From NCBI GenBank assembly GCA_963843285.1, contig CAWJJO010000017.1:65881-129880 (forward strand): a stretch of 64,000 bases of DNA, read 5' to 3'. Under the pieces are notes generated by a model. It searched no databases. It was not told the origin of the DNA and saw only the letters and a program-made list of their open reading frames with translations. Positions 17,956-28,263 of the stretch are shown here, in pieces (within the stretch, counting starts at the first letter, position 1; each line of letters opens with the position of its first letter). The translations under genes were made by a program, and so were the position numbers. Source of the DNA: an uncultured bacterium (lineage in GTDB: Bacteria; Acidobacteriota; HRBIN11; JAKEFK01).

Positions 17956-20721
17956 ATGAGAGTTGTATTTGTTTTCGCATTGTTGATTCTTGTCGTTGGA
18001 GCTGTGGGAGCCGAGAATCCGTATGCGCCGGACACGCCCGAACCGGGTTCTGTGGAAGCGATTGCGCGGGACACAACGGAGCCCCGTTTCGTAAGTCCAT
18101 GGGTTTCGTATGTTCCCGACTCGGATAGCGTCCCCTCGCCCACGGACTTTCTTGGTCACATCGCGGGCGCCGCCGGAGAACTGGTGCGACCCGATCAAAG
18201 CTATTCCTACTTTCGCGAATTAGAGCGTAAAACAAAACGGGTGAAGGTAGAGGTGATTGGGAAAACGGAAGAAGGCCGTGAGATTCTGCTTGCCCTCATC
18301 GCCGATGAAGCGGGCATTCAACAGCTGGAACAATTGAAATCTGCAATGGCACAGCTTGCCGATCCGCGAAAGACATCGCCCGAACAGGCGCGACAGATCA
18401 TCGCCAAAGCCAGACCGATGTATTTTTTCAATGCGGCCATTCATGCGGATGAATCGATCAGTCCGGACATGGCGCTCGAACTGGCGTATCGCCTTGCCGT
18501 TTCTGAACAGCCGATGATTCGTCAGATTCGCGAAAAAACGGTTGTCCTGATCAATCCGGTTGCAAATCCGGATGGCCGTGACAAGTTAGCGGATTGGTTC
18601 TACCGCTATTTGAAAGGTAAAACCGACTACGATACTCTGCCGCGCCAGTCTCCACCGTACTGGGGGAAGTATGTCTACGTCGATGCAAACAGAGACGCGC
18701 ACCAGCTGGCGCTGGAAACAACAAAGGCAGTTGCCCGCATGTTTTTCGAATATCATCCGATCGCGATTCAAGATTTGCACGAAGCGATCGCGTTGTTGCT
18801 TACCTGGAACGGGACCGGTCCGTATAATCCGAATCTGGATCCAATCGTGCTCAGCGAGTTTCTGGAACAGAGCTTCCATGAAGTCAGTACCTTGAGCGCA
18901 TTTGGAATGCCCGGCGTCTGGACCTGGAATTTCGGTGAAGGATTTGGGCATCACTACACGGATTCGGTCGCGATGAATCATAATTCAACGGGCCGTGGTT
19001 ACGAAACTTTTGGAAATGCGGTGCCATTAACTGTAACCAGGAAGCTGGATAAGGAAGACGTAACGCGCGAGTGGTATCGTCCCTGGCCGCCGGATAGAAC
19101 TTTTGTATGGTCGCATCGCGATGGATTGAATTATGCGGAAACCGGCTGTCTGGCGATTCTTGATTACACGGCTCGCAATGCGGATCAATTACTGCACAAT
19201 TTTTATCAGAAAGGTTACAACTCCTGGCAAAAAGGAAAAGCCGGGAATCCGTATGCGTTCGTGATTCCGGCCGCGCAGAGCGATCGCCTTCGTGCCGCCC
19301 AAATGGTGAATCGTTTAATGTCTCAGCGAATCGAAGTGAGCCGCGCAACAAAGGATTTTCAGATCAAGGAGGGAAAATTCGCGGCGGGCAGTTATGTCGT
19401 TCGTCTGGATCAACCGTATCGCAACTACGCCGTGGACTTGCTGCTGCCGCAATCCTTTCCGACGAATTCGCAGTATGAACCGTATGATGATGTTTCCTGG
19501 GCGCTTCCTGTTCATTATGGAGTTGAGACAATTCGGATTGATGATGCTGCGATCTTGAAGGTTCCGCTGGAGTTGATTCAGGAAGTAGTTCGGCCGGCTG
19601 GAAGAGTGAGTGGAGCAGGTCCGGTGTTCATACTCAAGGATGTCGGACAGGAATCTCTTCTTGCTGCGCGATACCGGCTGGCAAAATTCAAGGTGGAAAT
19701 CGCGGAAGAATCATTTCGTGCCGGTGCAGTGGAATATCCGCGCGGTTCGTGGATTCTTTCCGATCAAGACGGATTGGGGTCCGCGCTGGAATCCATCGGG
19801 AATGAACTGGCTCTGGATTTCGATGCAGTGTCCGCGGTTCCGCAAGTGCGCCGCCATCAGGCGGAGGTTCCTCGCGTTGGAGTGTGGGTTCCGTGGGCGG
19901 ACACAGACATGATCGGATGGATCCGCTACACTCTGGATCACGAAAAGATTCCATATACATACATTCGCGATGAAGAAGTCAAAGCGGGAAATTTGAAAAG
20001 TGTCGTGGATGTAATCATCTACGGAAATACGCTGCTCGATTTGCAAGGACAGATTCACGGGATCAAGCAGACCGATGGACCGATGCCTTTCAAGAAAACA
20101 CCGGAGACTCCCAATCTGGGTGTTCCGGCAGAATCGGACGACATTACCGGAGGCATTGGATATTCGGGCCTTGCGAATCTTCAAAAATTTGCGGAAGACG
20201 GTGGAGTTCTGATTACCATGGGTCGTGGTTCTACACTCGTGCTGGAAACGGGACTTGTGCGAAGCGTGCCGCGTGTAGATTTGCCGGGAACCACAACGCC
20301 GGGTGTCGAGCTGCGCGCCCGCTTCCTGCAGCCGAATCACCCGATCGCATACGGTTATCCGGAAATTACATCGGTCTTTCGCTCGCAGTTCCCCTATTAC
20401 GGCCCGCCGCGCACGTGGCTCACGATGTCCTACTGCACCTCCTGTTTGACCGGTCCTGTGGATCTGAGCAGTGTTGTCCTGCAATGGGGAACCCGCTCTT
20501 TTGATTCCGATGCAGAGCCGGAAATGCCGATTCTGGTTAGCGGTGGAGGCAAGAATCTGGAAGCGCTTGAAGGCCGTCCCGCGATTCTGGATGCGCCCGT
20601 TGGAAAAGGACGCGTGCTCGTATTTAACTTTAATGCGATGCACCGCGATCTCAATTACTCGGACTACCGGCTGCTCTGGAACGGAATTCTCAACTGGAAC
20701 TACCTCGTTTCACGGAAGTAA
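17956..20721 (+). CDS. Peptidase M14 (zinc carboxypeptidase-like) family protein, large secreted form
   Basis: The ATG at 17956 follows GAGAGG. Signal peptide MRVVFVFALLILVVGAVGA. Zinc motif IHADES and NPVANPDGRD. Confidence 0.8.
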   Translation: MRVVFVFALLILVVGAVGAENPYAPDTPEPGSVEAIARDTTEPRFVSPWVSYVPDSDSVPSPTDFLGHIAGAAGELVRPDQSYSYFRELERKTKRVKVEVIGKTEEGREILLALIADEAGIQQLEQLKSAMAQLADPRKTSPEQARQIIAKARPMYFFNAAIHADESISPDMALELAYRLAVSEQPMIRQIREKTVVLINPVANPDGRDKLADWFYRYLKGKTDYDTLPRQSPPYWGKYVYVDANRDAHQLALETTKAVARMFFEYHPIAIQDLHEAIALLLTWNGTGPYNPNLDPIVLSEFLEQSFHEVSTLSAFGMPGVWTWNFGEGFGHHYTDSVAMNHNSTGRGYETFGNAVPLTVTRKLDKEDVTREWYRPWPPDRTFVWSHRDGLNYAETGCLAILDYTARNADQLLHNFYQKGYNSWQKGKAGNPYAFVIPAAQSDRLRAAQMVNRLMSQRIEVSRATKDFQIKEGKFAAGSYVVRLDQPYRNYAVDLLLPQSFPTNSQYEPYDDVSWALPVHYGVETIRIDDAAILKVPLELIQEVVRPAGRVSGAGPVFILKDVGQESLLAARYRLAKFKVEIAEESFRAGAVEYPRGSWILSDQDGLGSALESIGNELALDFDAVSAVPQVRRHQAEVPRVGVWVPWADTDMIGWIRYTLDHEKIPYTYIRDEEVKAGNLKSVVDVIIYGNTLLDLQGQIHGIKQTDGPMPFKKTPETPNLGVPAESDDITGGIGYSGLANLQKFAEDGGVLITMGRGSTLVLETGLVRSVPRVDLPGTTTPGVELRARFLQPNHPIAYGYPEITSVFRSQFPYYGPPRTWLTMSYCTSCLTGPVDLSSVVLQWGTRSFDSDAEPEMPILVSGGGKNLEALEGRPAILDAPVGKGRVLVFNFNAMHRDLNYSDYRLLWNGILNWNYLVSRK

Positions 20722-20742
20722 GGGCGACCACAAGGGTCGCCC
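20722..20742. repeat. GC-rich hairpin between convergent genes
   Basis: GGGCGACC-acaag-GGTCGCCC, an 8-bp stem with no U-tract on either strand, so it is not a canonical intrinsic terminator. Confidence 0.5.
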
Positions 20743-20751
20743 CTACGGTTA

Positions 20752-21924
20752 TCAATTGATATCTTTCCCTTGTTCCAGAGTCTTGATTTGATTCTGAACG
20801 TTCACGCGATTTGCTTCGTCAGGAGCTTGCTTTAACGCGAGCTGGGCGTGTTTCAACGCCTCCTTGAAATTTCCCTGCGCGGAATAACTTCTCATCAGGC
20901 CAACTTCTGTCGGCCACACGCCGGGAAAGCGTTTTGCGTTGAGCTCAAATGTTTTGATCGCTTCCTGCGTCTTTTTCTGTGCCAGTAGGCTTCGCGCATA
21001 GAGGTGAAGATCCAGCGGCCGGGCGGTAGGATGATTTAGCGCCTGATCCAGCGTTTTGGCGGACTCAGCCGTCTGACCGTTGGCTTCCTGTAACTGGCTG
21101 AGCGTAACCAGAGTATTGAAATTTTCCTGACCGATTCCGGGTTTGCTAACCGCCATTTTTGCCCACTGCAATCCAAGATCAAGATGACTCTTTGACAGCA
21201 GACAATATTCAGCTGCCGCTTCCCAATTTTCCCAGTTGAAACCAGGATCTCTCCGCAGTTCTTGTGAAATGTAATCTACATAGATGTCCGTTATGTTATC
21301 TGCCGTAATCGTCCAGGGGAGTTGCAGATCTTCCCATTTCACCGCCGCTGTAGCCTTTGTTGTGTCTCGATCAGTAAACTCGTAAGAAAGCCATTCATGA
21401 TATTCGCTCTTTTCCGGTTTTGCCGTGACTCGCAACGCATCCTCTTTCTGGTCATACGTAAAACTTCCCCACGATGTCGAATTGTTCGAAAAAATGATCG
21501 TCCATTCGGTTTCACCAGGTAAAAAGTGAAGGCCGTAGGAACCTGCTTTCAACAGTTGCCCTTGAATCTTCACATCATGTGAAACACTAAATACCGTATT
21601 TTCGTTTGCTCCGCCTCTCCACGGGCATTGATCGCCGCAGGTGCCGAATCCGAGATTGGACATTCCGTAAGGTACGAGCGTTCCCCAAATTTTTCCGCGG
21701 CGGTCCGATCCGTCAGGCGCATGTACATTCGGACTGTGATAGTCGATCGTGATCCGAACCGGCCCGATGAATTGCGTAACGATCGCGTGCTGATTATCAC
21801 CGCTCGGCGGCAGCGTGAGTCCGCCCCAAACCCGGTTGATGTTGTCAAACTGAGCGATCGCGGAACCGCTGACGCCTAGAACAAGTAGAATCGAGACAAT
21901 GAAAACCGGAATACGATGTGTCAT
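20752..21924 (-). CDS. DUF2911 domain protein with C-terminal TPR repeats
   Basis: The ATG at 21924 follows AGGAGGA, with a signal peptide. The DUF2911-like core is RRGKIWGTLVPYGM...WRGGANENTVFSVSHDVKIQG...AGSYGLHF. The TPR-like tail is YARSLLAQKKTQEAIKTFE.... Confidence 0.7.
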   Translation of the reverse strand: MTHRIPVFIVSILLVLGVSGSAIAQFDNINRVWGGLTLPPSGDNQHAIVTQFIGPVRITIDYHSPNVHAPDGSDRRGKIWGTLVPYGMSNLGFGTCGDQCPWRGGANENTVFSVSHDVKIQGQLLKAGSYGLHFLPGETEWTIIFSNNSTSWGSFTYDQKEDALRVTAKPEKSEYHEWLSYEFTDRDTTKATAAVKWEDLQLPWTITADNITDIYVDYISQELRRDPGFNWENWEAAAEYCLLSKSHLDLGLQWAKMAVSKPGIGQENFNTLVTLSQLQEANGQTAESAKTLDQALNHPTARPLDLHLYARSLLAQKKTQEAIKTFELNAKRFPGVWPTEVGLMRSYSAQGNFKEALKHAQLALKQAPDEANRVNVQNQIKTLEQGKDIN

Positions 21925-22086
21925 GGAGTCCTCCTGCGAGTGAAGCCTTTTCATTCTACAGAATGCCGGGCGAATTGCGACACCTGTGACTTGAACGGGT
22001 GGTATTGCGGGCTGAAGCGGATTTATTGACTTGTCAGATGTGCGGAATATGTTCACAATATAGAGGAAGCCACTCCGGGTGATTTT

Positions 22087-23580
22087 ATGCGTATTTTGCT
22101 TCTTTCCATGCCCGATTCTTTTGAGCATATGCCGGTGGTTGGCATTCGTATGCCAAACGGCGCTCTTTCCTCTCTCGCGGGAAACGTCGATCCGCACCAC
22201 GATGTTGCCATCGCAGATCTGATTCTTGTACAGGACCGGGTTCGCCAAACTGTCAGCGACCTTGTGCGGAAATATTCCCCGGATGTGGTGGGCCTTTCCG
22301 TGATGACGTTCCAGCGAAAGACGGCGAAACGGATTATTGCATTGGTGCGGCAGTTGGCGCCGGCGGTAAGGATCGTTGTTGGTGGCTATGATCCGAGCCT
22401 TGCAGTGGATGAGTACACTGCGCCGGAAGAGGGAGTAGATTTTGTGATCCGCGGAGAAGGAGAGATCACCTTTCGGGAATTACTTCGCGCGCTGGAAGGT
22501 TCAAAGGATTTTTCCGCGATTCGAGGTCTCTCTTATCGATCCAGTTCTGTTTTTCACCACAATCCGGAGCGGCCGATCAGCGGTCTGAATGACGGTCAAG
22601 TACGTCCGCCAGACCGGAATGCGCGCGTGTTGTCGGGTTATGAATTCCTGGGAAATCCAGTCGATGTCATCGAAACATCGCGAGGTTGTACTTACGATTG
22701 CAGTTTTTGTTCCATCATTGAGATGAGAGGACGAAATTTCTTTACGTATTCGTACGCCCGCGTGTTGGACGATATTCGTGATGCCTATTCTCACGGAGCT
22801 CGCTCGATCTTTTTTGTGGATGATAATATCGGTCTGAACGTCCAACGCCTGGAGGGGCTTTGCCAGGCGATCATCGATGCGAAGCTGAATGGAATCGAAT
22901 ATCTGGTGCAGGCAATGACTTCGTCGATCGCCAACCATGGAGATACCTTAATTCCATTGATGGCCAGGGCGGGTTTTCGATATATTTTCCTGGGAATCGA
23001 GAATATCTTAGAAGAGGATCTGGCATTTCTGAAGGCTTCTTCAAAGAATTCAAAACGCGAGAGCGGCAAACGCACAGGCAACGCAACTCTTCAGGCGATC
23101 GACCAGGTGCATCGTCATCACATGTATGTAGTCGGCGGCTTGATCGTGGGAAACCCGGATGACACTGAAAGTTCTATCGTGACCAATCTGGAATTTGCAA
23201 AGCGCCACATCGATTATCCATACATTCAGCACCCCACACCGTATCCGCGTACGCCAATGACAAAAGACTTTGAAGAGAAGGGCCTGATCGCCAGCCGGGC
23301 GCTCGAAGAGTACGACGGCACAACCGCGGTTGTACGAACGAAGCATCTGCTTCCGCAAGACATCGAGTTTCTGCGCTGGCGGGCCGAACGCTGGATCAAG
23401 TTGCGTCATTCGCTGGCTGTGCTTCGTGATCGTCCGAAGTTTATCTTGCGAAATGGTGTCCGGATGTTGCGGTTTACATTTCGTGGAAGCACCTGGCGCA
23501 CGTTCCTGGGGCTGGAGGATGAACGCAAAGCCTTTGCCCGTTATCGCGCTCTCCGCGCGCAGGAACGGAACTACGTGTAA
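22087..23580 (+). CDS. B12-binding domain radical SAM protein
   Basis: N-terminal cobalamin-binding Rossmann region (RILLLSMPD...VGLSVMT...VVGGY) and the radical SAM cluster SRGCTYDCSFCS. Confidence 0.85.
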   Translation: MRILLLSMPDSFEHMPVVGIRMPNGALSSLAGNVDPHHDVAIADLILVQDRVRQTVSDLVRKYSPDVVGLSVMTFQRKTAKRIIALVRQLAPAVRIVVGGYDPSLAVDEYTAPEEGVDFVIRGEGEITFRELLRALEGSKDFSAIRGLSYRSSSVFHHNPERPISGLNDGQVRPPDRNARVLSGYEFLGNPVDVIETSRGCTYDCSFCSIIEMRGRNFFTYSYARVLDDIRDAYSHGARSIFFVDDNIGLNVQRLEGLCQAIIDAKLNGIEYLVQAMTSSIANHGDTLIPLMARAGFRYIFLGIENILEEDLAFLKASSKNSKRESGKRTGNATLQAIDQVHRHHMYVVGGLIVGNPDDTESSIVTNLEFAKRHIDYPYIQHPTPYPRTPMTKDFEEKGLIASRALEEYDGTTAVVRTKHLLPQDIEFLRWRAERWIKLRHSLAVLRDRPKFILRNGVRMLRFTFRGSTWRTFLGLEDERKAFARYRALRAQERNYV

Positions 23581-23686
23581 CCTTCCCCTGTGATAGAATC
23601 CGTTTGATGCCTGTCGTCGGATTGACCCACACGTATGATCCAATGCAAACAGGTTCTCGTCGTCGCCCCAACTTTTCAGAACAGCA

Positions 23687-26287
23687 ATGAATCTGAATTC
23701 CGGACAGCAGTTTGGCAGTTACGAAATCATCAAAATGCTGGGTCACGGAGGAATGGGGGAAGTATATCTTGCCAAAGACATACGATTAAACCGGCAAGTT
23801 GCGATCAAAGTACTGTCTCTCGAACTCGCGGAAAATAAGGAACAGCTTGCCCGTTTCCGAAAGGAGGCAGGGTTTGCCGCGAGTTTGAATCATCCAAATA
23901 TCTGCACGATTTATGAGACGGGAGAAGTCGATGGCCGCACCTACATCTGCATGGAATATGTGGAGGGGAAGACCCTGCGTGACCGAATTGCGGGGGAGCC
24001 GATGTCATTGCATGAGGTGCTGGATATCTCGATACAGATTGCGGATGCGCTGGAAGAAGCGCGCAAGAAAAACATTGTCCATCGGGACATCAAACCGGTA
24101 AATATTCTGTTGACTGCTCGAAATCAAGCAAAGATTCTGGATTTCGGACTTGCGAAACAAATTCGCACGCCCGGTAGTTCCGATTTGAGCGGGGCGGCTA
24201 CGGAATCATCTATCACTGAAGCCGGCGCCGTTCGGGGAACTGTCGCTTACATGTCTCCCGAACAAGCTTTAGGAAGACCGGTGGATCCCCGCAGTGATAT
24301 TTTTGCTTTCGGTGTTGTCCTGTATCAGATGTTGACCGGCCGCCTGCCGTTTTCAGGAACATCGACTACCGAAGTGCTCGATGCCATCCTGCATAAAACG
24401 CCGGCGCCCGTAGCTCGCTTCAATGATGCGGTTCCGCAGGATCTGGTGCGTGTCTTGAACAAGATGGTGGAAAAAGATCCTGACACCCGCTATCAATCTG
24501 TACACGAAGTGTGGGTTGATTTGCGACGGATCAGGGGTGAAAGCACCGCCAAAGGTGTGATCCCCTCCGAATGGCTGGAGCAACGTCCGTGGTTTCGGAG
24601 TCGTTCCGCGATGATTGCGGCGATTCTGATTCTGGCTTGTGCGATCGGCGCATCCATTTATTTTTTGCGCAAGCCTGTTTCAAATGATGTTGCAGGGGCG
24701 CCCTCCAAAGTGGCGCCGGTTTCGATCGCTGTGCTGCTGTTTCAATACAACGGACAGGACCCGGCGCACCAGTATCTGGGCACGCTCATGACCGATGGAT
24801 TGATCGCGTGCCTCCAGCCTGTTCCGGGAATCGCGATCGCCCCCTACGCCAACGTTCGTGAAATCAAGAGCACTGATTCGATGAAAGAGGTGGCGCGTGA
24901 CCTCGGTGTCCGCTGGATTGTTCGGGGTTCCGTTTCTGTAAAGAACGAGGATGTTGAAATTATGCTGGAACTGATATCTTCGGAAGGTTCTCCCGTGTGG
25001 AAACAGACTTTGAGCGGACGTCCGGTTGCTGCTCTGGATCTGGCAAAGAAGAATATTCTGGATGCCCTTCATTTGGATGGCACGGCAACAAAGGAGATCG
25101 AACAGCTTCGAACGCCGAATTTGGATGCATACCGGAAGTATCTGGAAGCGCGTAATCGTCAGGAAGGCTGGGACGTGGAAAGCAATCTGGATGACGCAAT
25201 CGCTTTATATCGAGAGGCGCTTGCTCTGGACCCGGACTTTGCGGCAGCTCGCGCCGGGCTGGCAACGGCATTGATCGGTCAGTTTCACAAAAAGCGCCAA
25301 CCCGCTCTCTTGTCTTCAGCAAGTGAGGAGGCGCAACGAGCAGTTGGATTGGATCCGAACTTACCGGAGGCACTTCTGGCTTACGGAATGGTTCAGGTAC
25401 AAAGCGGAAGGTCGGTCGAAGCGAGTGATGCGTTTTCCAGGGCGCTCAAACTTGCTCCCGGCGATGATGCCGCTTGCCGAAGTCTGGCGGACATGTATTC
25501 GTCTCTTGGAAGAAATAATGAGGCAAGACAAATGTATCAGCAAGCCATCGATCTACGTCCTGATTACTGGATGAACCACTATGTTCTTGGCACATTTGAA
25601 TGGCAATACGCCGGCGATCTGAAGGCTGCTCGTCTGCATTTGGATAAGGCAGGCCAGCTGCATCCCGAAGGGTATGCGCCTCTTGTAATGATCGGGAATT
25701 TTTACCTGACCCAGGGAAATCTTCAGGAAGCAGAAGTGTACTATCGTAAGTCGTTGGAGCTGAGTTCAAATCCGTATGCATACAACAACCTTGGGCTCGT
25801 ACATTATTACAGGGGACAGTATGAACTGGCATTGAGAAACTGGCAGACACTTTTGAAAGAAGCGCCTGACAAACCGCTGTATCGAGCAAATGTTGCGGAC
25901 GCTCTCCGCCAGCTGGGTAAGCGTGAGGAAGCGACAACTCATTATCAGGAAGTGATTCGCGCGTTTCGTGATTTGCTAAAAATCAGTCCGGCAGATGATA
26001 ACACGCGCGCAGGTATGGCCATGGCGTTGGCCGCAATCGGAGAATGCAAAGAAGCAACGGACGCAATTCGCGAAGTTCTCTCCCGGCACCCGGAAAGTAC
26101 CGATCTGGCCATTTACGGAGCGATCGCCTCCAGCCGTTGCGGCGATTTGAATCTGGCAAAACAAATCGTGCTGAAATCCATCGCCGGCGATAACGTTCTT
26201 ACGATCCGCTTCGATCCGGACTTGGAACCGATCCGAAAAATGCCCGAAGTAGTAGCAGCTTTAAAACGCGCCGGCCTCCCTATCTAG
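23687..26287 (+). CDS. Ser/Thr protein kinase with a TM segment and a TPR-repeat C-terminal region
   Basis: Kinase motifs [30 protein letters not shown] and SPEQ, then a TM helix and multiple TPR-like repeats. Confidence 0.9.
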   Translation: MNLNSGQQFGSYEIIKMLGHGGMGEVYLAKDIRLNRQVAIKVLSLELAENKEQLARFRKEAGFAASLNHPNICTIYETGEVDGRTYICMEYVEGKTLRDRIAGEPMSLHEVLDISIQIADALEEARKKNIVHRDIKPVNILLTARNQAKILDFGLAKQIRTPGSSDLSGAATESSITEAGAVRGTVAYMSPEQALGRPVDPRSDIFAFGVVLYQMLTGRLPFSGTSTTEVLDAILHKTPAPVARFNDAVPQDLVRVLNKMVEKDPDTRYQSVHEVWVDLRRIRGESTAKGVIPSEWLEQRPWFRSRSAMIAAILILACAIGASIYFLRKPVSNDVAGAPSKVAPVSIAVLLFQYNGQDPAHQYLGTLMTDGLIACLQPVPGIAIAPYANVREIKSTDSMKEVARDLGVRWIVRGSVSVKNEDVEIMLELISSEGSPVWKQTLSGRPVAALDLAKKNILDALHLDGTATKEIEQLRTPNLDAYRKYLEARNRQEGWDVESNLDDAIALYREALALDPDFAAARAGLATALIGQFHKKRQPALLSSASEEAQRAVGLDPNLPEALLAYGMVQVQSGRSVEASDAFSRALKLAPGDDAACRSLADMYSSLGRNNEARQMYQQAIDLRPDYWMNHYVLGTFEWQYAGDLKAARLHLDKAGQLHPEGYAPLVMIGNFYLTQGNLQEAEVYYRKSLELSSNPYAYNNLGLVHYYRGQYELALRNWQTLLKEAPDKPLYRANVADALRQLGKREEATTHYQEVIRAFRDLLKISPADDNTRAGMAMALAAIGECKEATDAIREVLSRHPESTDLAIYGAIASSRCGDLNLAKQIVLKSIAGDNVLTIRFDPDLEPIRKMPEVVAALKRAGLPI

Positions 26288-26739
26288 GGCTGCGTTTGGG
26301 TTTGCGGTGGCGGTGGTTCCTCTATATGTGGCTTGGGAATCTCAATAATTGGATCAATTACATCGCCTTTGGATTCTGGCTCTTTGCAAGTGATCGTGTA
26401 GTGGTAAGTACCATTTCCGGCGCCAGTCGAGACGTTTAATGAATAGCGCTTGTAATTTGTTACCGGTACCGAGTACGTTGGTCCCCCGGCAAAAGGACTC
26501 GTCCCGTCAAAGTAAAAGATTACTTCGGTGTTCGGTTTGTCCACAACAATATGCCATATGAACGTATCTCCTCTATCCGCAAAGTTCTTGTTCGGGTGGG
26601 CTGGGTCTCCGCTATAGAAAATCTTACCTGCCCCGCACTTTACCATGGTGTGTATTTCTTGACCCTGGACGTGAGTAGCTACCAATAGAAGTAAAACCGG
26701 CACGGAAGCTAGGATCTTAAGAACGTTGAGTTTTTTCAT
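26284..26739 (-). CDS. Small secreted protein, paralogue 1 (beta-sandwich-like, unknown function)
   Basis: ATG at 26739, [26 protein letters not shown]. Shares V-x-C, GD-x-I-x-WHI, SPF, YTITC and IDPIIE-x-PKP with the neighbouring gene. It has a Pro-rich tail. Confidence 0.65.
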   Translation of the reverse strand: MKKLNVLKILASVPVLLLLVATHVQGQEIHTMVKCGAGKIFYSGDPAHPNKNFADRGDTFIWHIVVDKPNTEVIFYFDGTSPFAGGPTYSVPVTNYKRYSLNVSTGAGNGTYHYTITCKEPESKGDVIDPIIEIPKPHIEEPPPPQTQTQP

Positions 26740-26834
26740 ATTGGGACCTCGGGATTTTGGCCGTGGACATATTGACGATGTCTCCGGCGGTTTGTGTTGA
26801 AGTGATTCCCAATTCGACAACAGATAGGGCCAGC
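26740..26834 (-). promoter_or_regulatory. Conserved 5-prime control region of paralogue 1
   Basis: About 95 nt upstream of the ATG are highly similar to 27278..27374. It contains GACAT-N7-ATGTC (26766..26782) and a GAGGT SD. Confidence 0.45.
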
Positions 26835-26866
26835 TTTTAAGGGTTGTTGCAGATTTACAGCCTTTA

Positions 26867-27277
26867 TCAGGGCTTGGGAACCTCAATGATCGGATCTATC
26901 GAATAAGATGTTGTGCCGTCATTGCAAGTGATCGTATAACTATAAGATCCTTCCGCGGCCGGATCCACATCTTCTTTTACGAGCTTTGTTCTCTTTTTTA
27001 CCTTTATTGTGAAGGAGTTTTTGTCAAACGGCGAGTCACCTGCGAATTCGAACGTGACTACTGTACCAATTTTCTCCACTGAAATATGCCAGTTGATCCG
27101 ATCTCCCTTTCCTACAACATTCTTCTTTTGATCATCTTCCTGGCTATCAAAGATTCGTTTCTTTGGGTCCGCGTCGCACCGAACAAAGGCATTTGCGGCA
27201 CCCTGTGCCACGTGGCTGGCAGTCAGCACTAAGATCGGCACGAAAACAAAAATCACCAGAACATTAAGTTTTTTCAT
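26867..27277 (-). CDS. Small secreted protein, paralogue 2
   Basis: ATG at 27277, MKKLNVLVIFVFVPILVLTASHVAQG. It has the same motif set as 26284..26739. Confidence 0.65.
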   Translation of the reverse strand: MKKLNVLVIFVFVPILVLTASHVAQGAANAFVRCDADPKKRIFDSQEDDQKKNVVGKGDRINWHISVEKIGTVVTFEFAGDSPFDKNSFTIKVKKRTKLVKEDVDPAAEGSYSYTITCNDGTTSYSIDPIIEVPKP

Positions 27278-27374
27278 ATTTGGCACCTCGAGATTTTTAG
27301 CCGTGGACATATTATGAATGTCTCCGGCGGTTTTTGTTGAAGTGATTCCCCACTTTGACAACAGATATTACCAG
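27278..27374 (-). promoter_or_regulatory. Conserved 5-prime control region of paralogue 2
   Basis: Counterpart of 26740..26834. It contains GACAT-N7-ATGTC (27306..27322), a CATAAT -10-like hexamer and a GAGGTG SD. Confidence 0.45.
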
Positions 27375-27424
27375 CTTAGCGCGGGGAAAGCAGGGAGTCA
27401 AATTGTTGGATGCTAGAATAACCG

Positions 27425-28108
27425 GTGATGGGAAAGGACGATCCTCATTACACAAATCTAAAGCAGATCACGATTCTTCTGGTGATCCCCGCTTCGTTGA
27501 TCGCCGGATATGCGATCAGGGCATGGATCGCTCCGAAGTTTCCAGCGGGGCTCGGTATGATGGGCGGTTTTCTCATCTTCCTCATTTATGTAATTGCCAC
27601 GCGAAACCGGGAGTTTGAAAAAGCTGGAATGAAGCCAAGAAGCACCGGCTTCTCGGCTCAATTGGATCTTGTGAAAGAAAAGTTACGGGAGCGTGCCGGC
27701 GAATGGGAACGCGTTTTGACGTTCGATCGCAAGATTGAACCACAGCCCGATGAGGCTGTCCTTTACATCGAACGAGTATTGCAAATTGAAAAGCCGGAGG
27801 ACGCGAAGTTTACAAACATAGTCGATGCTCTTCAAAATGAAGGAAAACTCATTCAGGCATTGTCGGGATCGGTTCGCTTACCCGAATCCGCTCGTGATCT
27901 CAGTCCGGGTGAAGCGGAAGAGTTAGAACGAGCTATCACTGCCGATAACGGAAGGCCGATCAGATCAACGGTGGAAAGAGATGTCGAACGTCATATTCAA
28001 ATTCTGCGATCGACGGCCTCCGCACTGGAAACCCGTGCTTCAGAAGTGCGTGCAAGGGGGGTATCTACCGATACTCCCCGCTGCAGTTTGCGGGCTGTCT
28101 TGGTTTGA
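27425..28108 (+). CDS. Hypothetical membrane protein (2 N-terminal TM plus a charged helical region)
   Basis: Track ORF with no recognised family. It may continue in another frame to 28252 (see findings). Confidence 0.5.
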   Translation: MMGKDDPHYTNLKQITILLVIPASLIAGYAIRAWIAPKFPAGLGMMGGFLIFLIYVIATRNREFEKAGMKPRSTGFSAQLDLVKEKLRERAGEWERVLTFDRKIEPQPDEAVLYIERVLQIEKPEDAKFTNIVDALQNEGKLIQALSGSVRLPESARDLSPGEAEELERAITADNGRPIRSTVERDVERHIQILRSTASALETRASEVRARGVSTDTPRCSLRAVLV

Positions 28109-28263
28109 TCCTGCTTCTATTGAGTGGCGGTGGTTATCTCCTGTGGAGATTCTCATTTGCCGGTCACTGGGCGTCTTGGATCGGTTGGGGACTGGTCGTG
28201 TTCGGTTTGCTGATGGGTCTGGTCCTCTACAAAATGCAGACAGAACCGGCATAGGGAATTCAA

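Noticed and set aside
19711-20643. 310-aa ORF antisense to the M14 peptidase gene.
   Set aside because: It is Arg-rich and low in complexity, with no recognisable motif, and it fully overlaps a gene with clear family motifs. This is a typical antisense artefact of GC-rich coding DNA.
21925-22248. 108-aa N-terminal extension of the DUF2911 ORF, overlapping the radical SAM gene start.
   Set aside because: The ATG at 21924 has a strong AGGAGGA RBS and starts a clean signal peptide. The extension would cover the divergent promoter region and the first codons of the radical SAM gene.
27283-27298. TGGCAC hexamer that looks like a sigma54 -24 box near the paralogue 2 start.
   Set aside because: It is on the plus strand, so it points away from the minus-strand gene. 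It also lacks a TTGC at the correct spacing.
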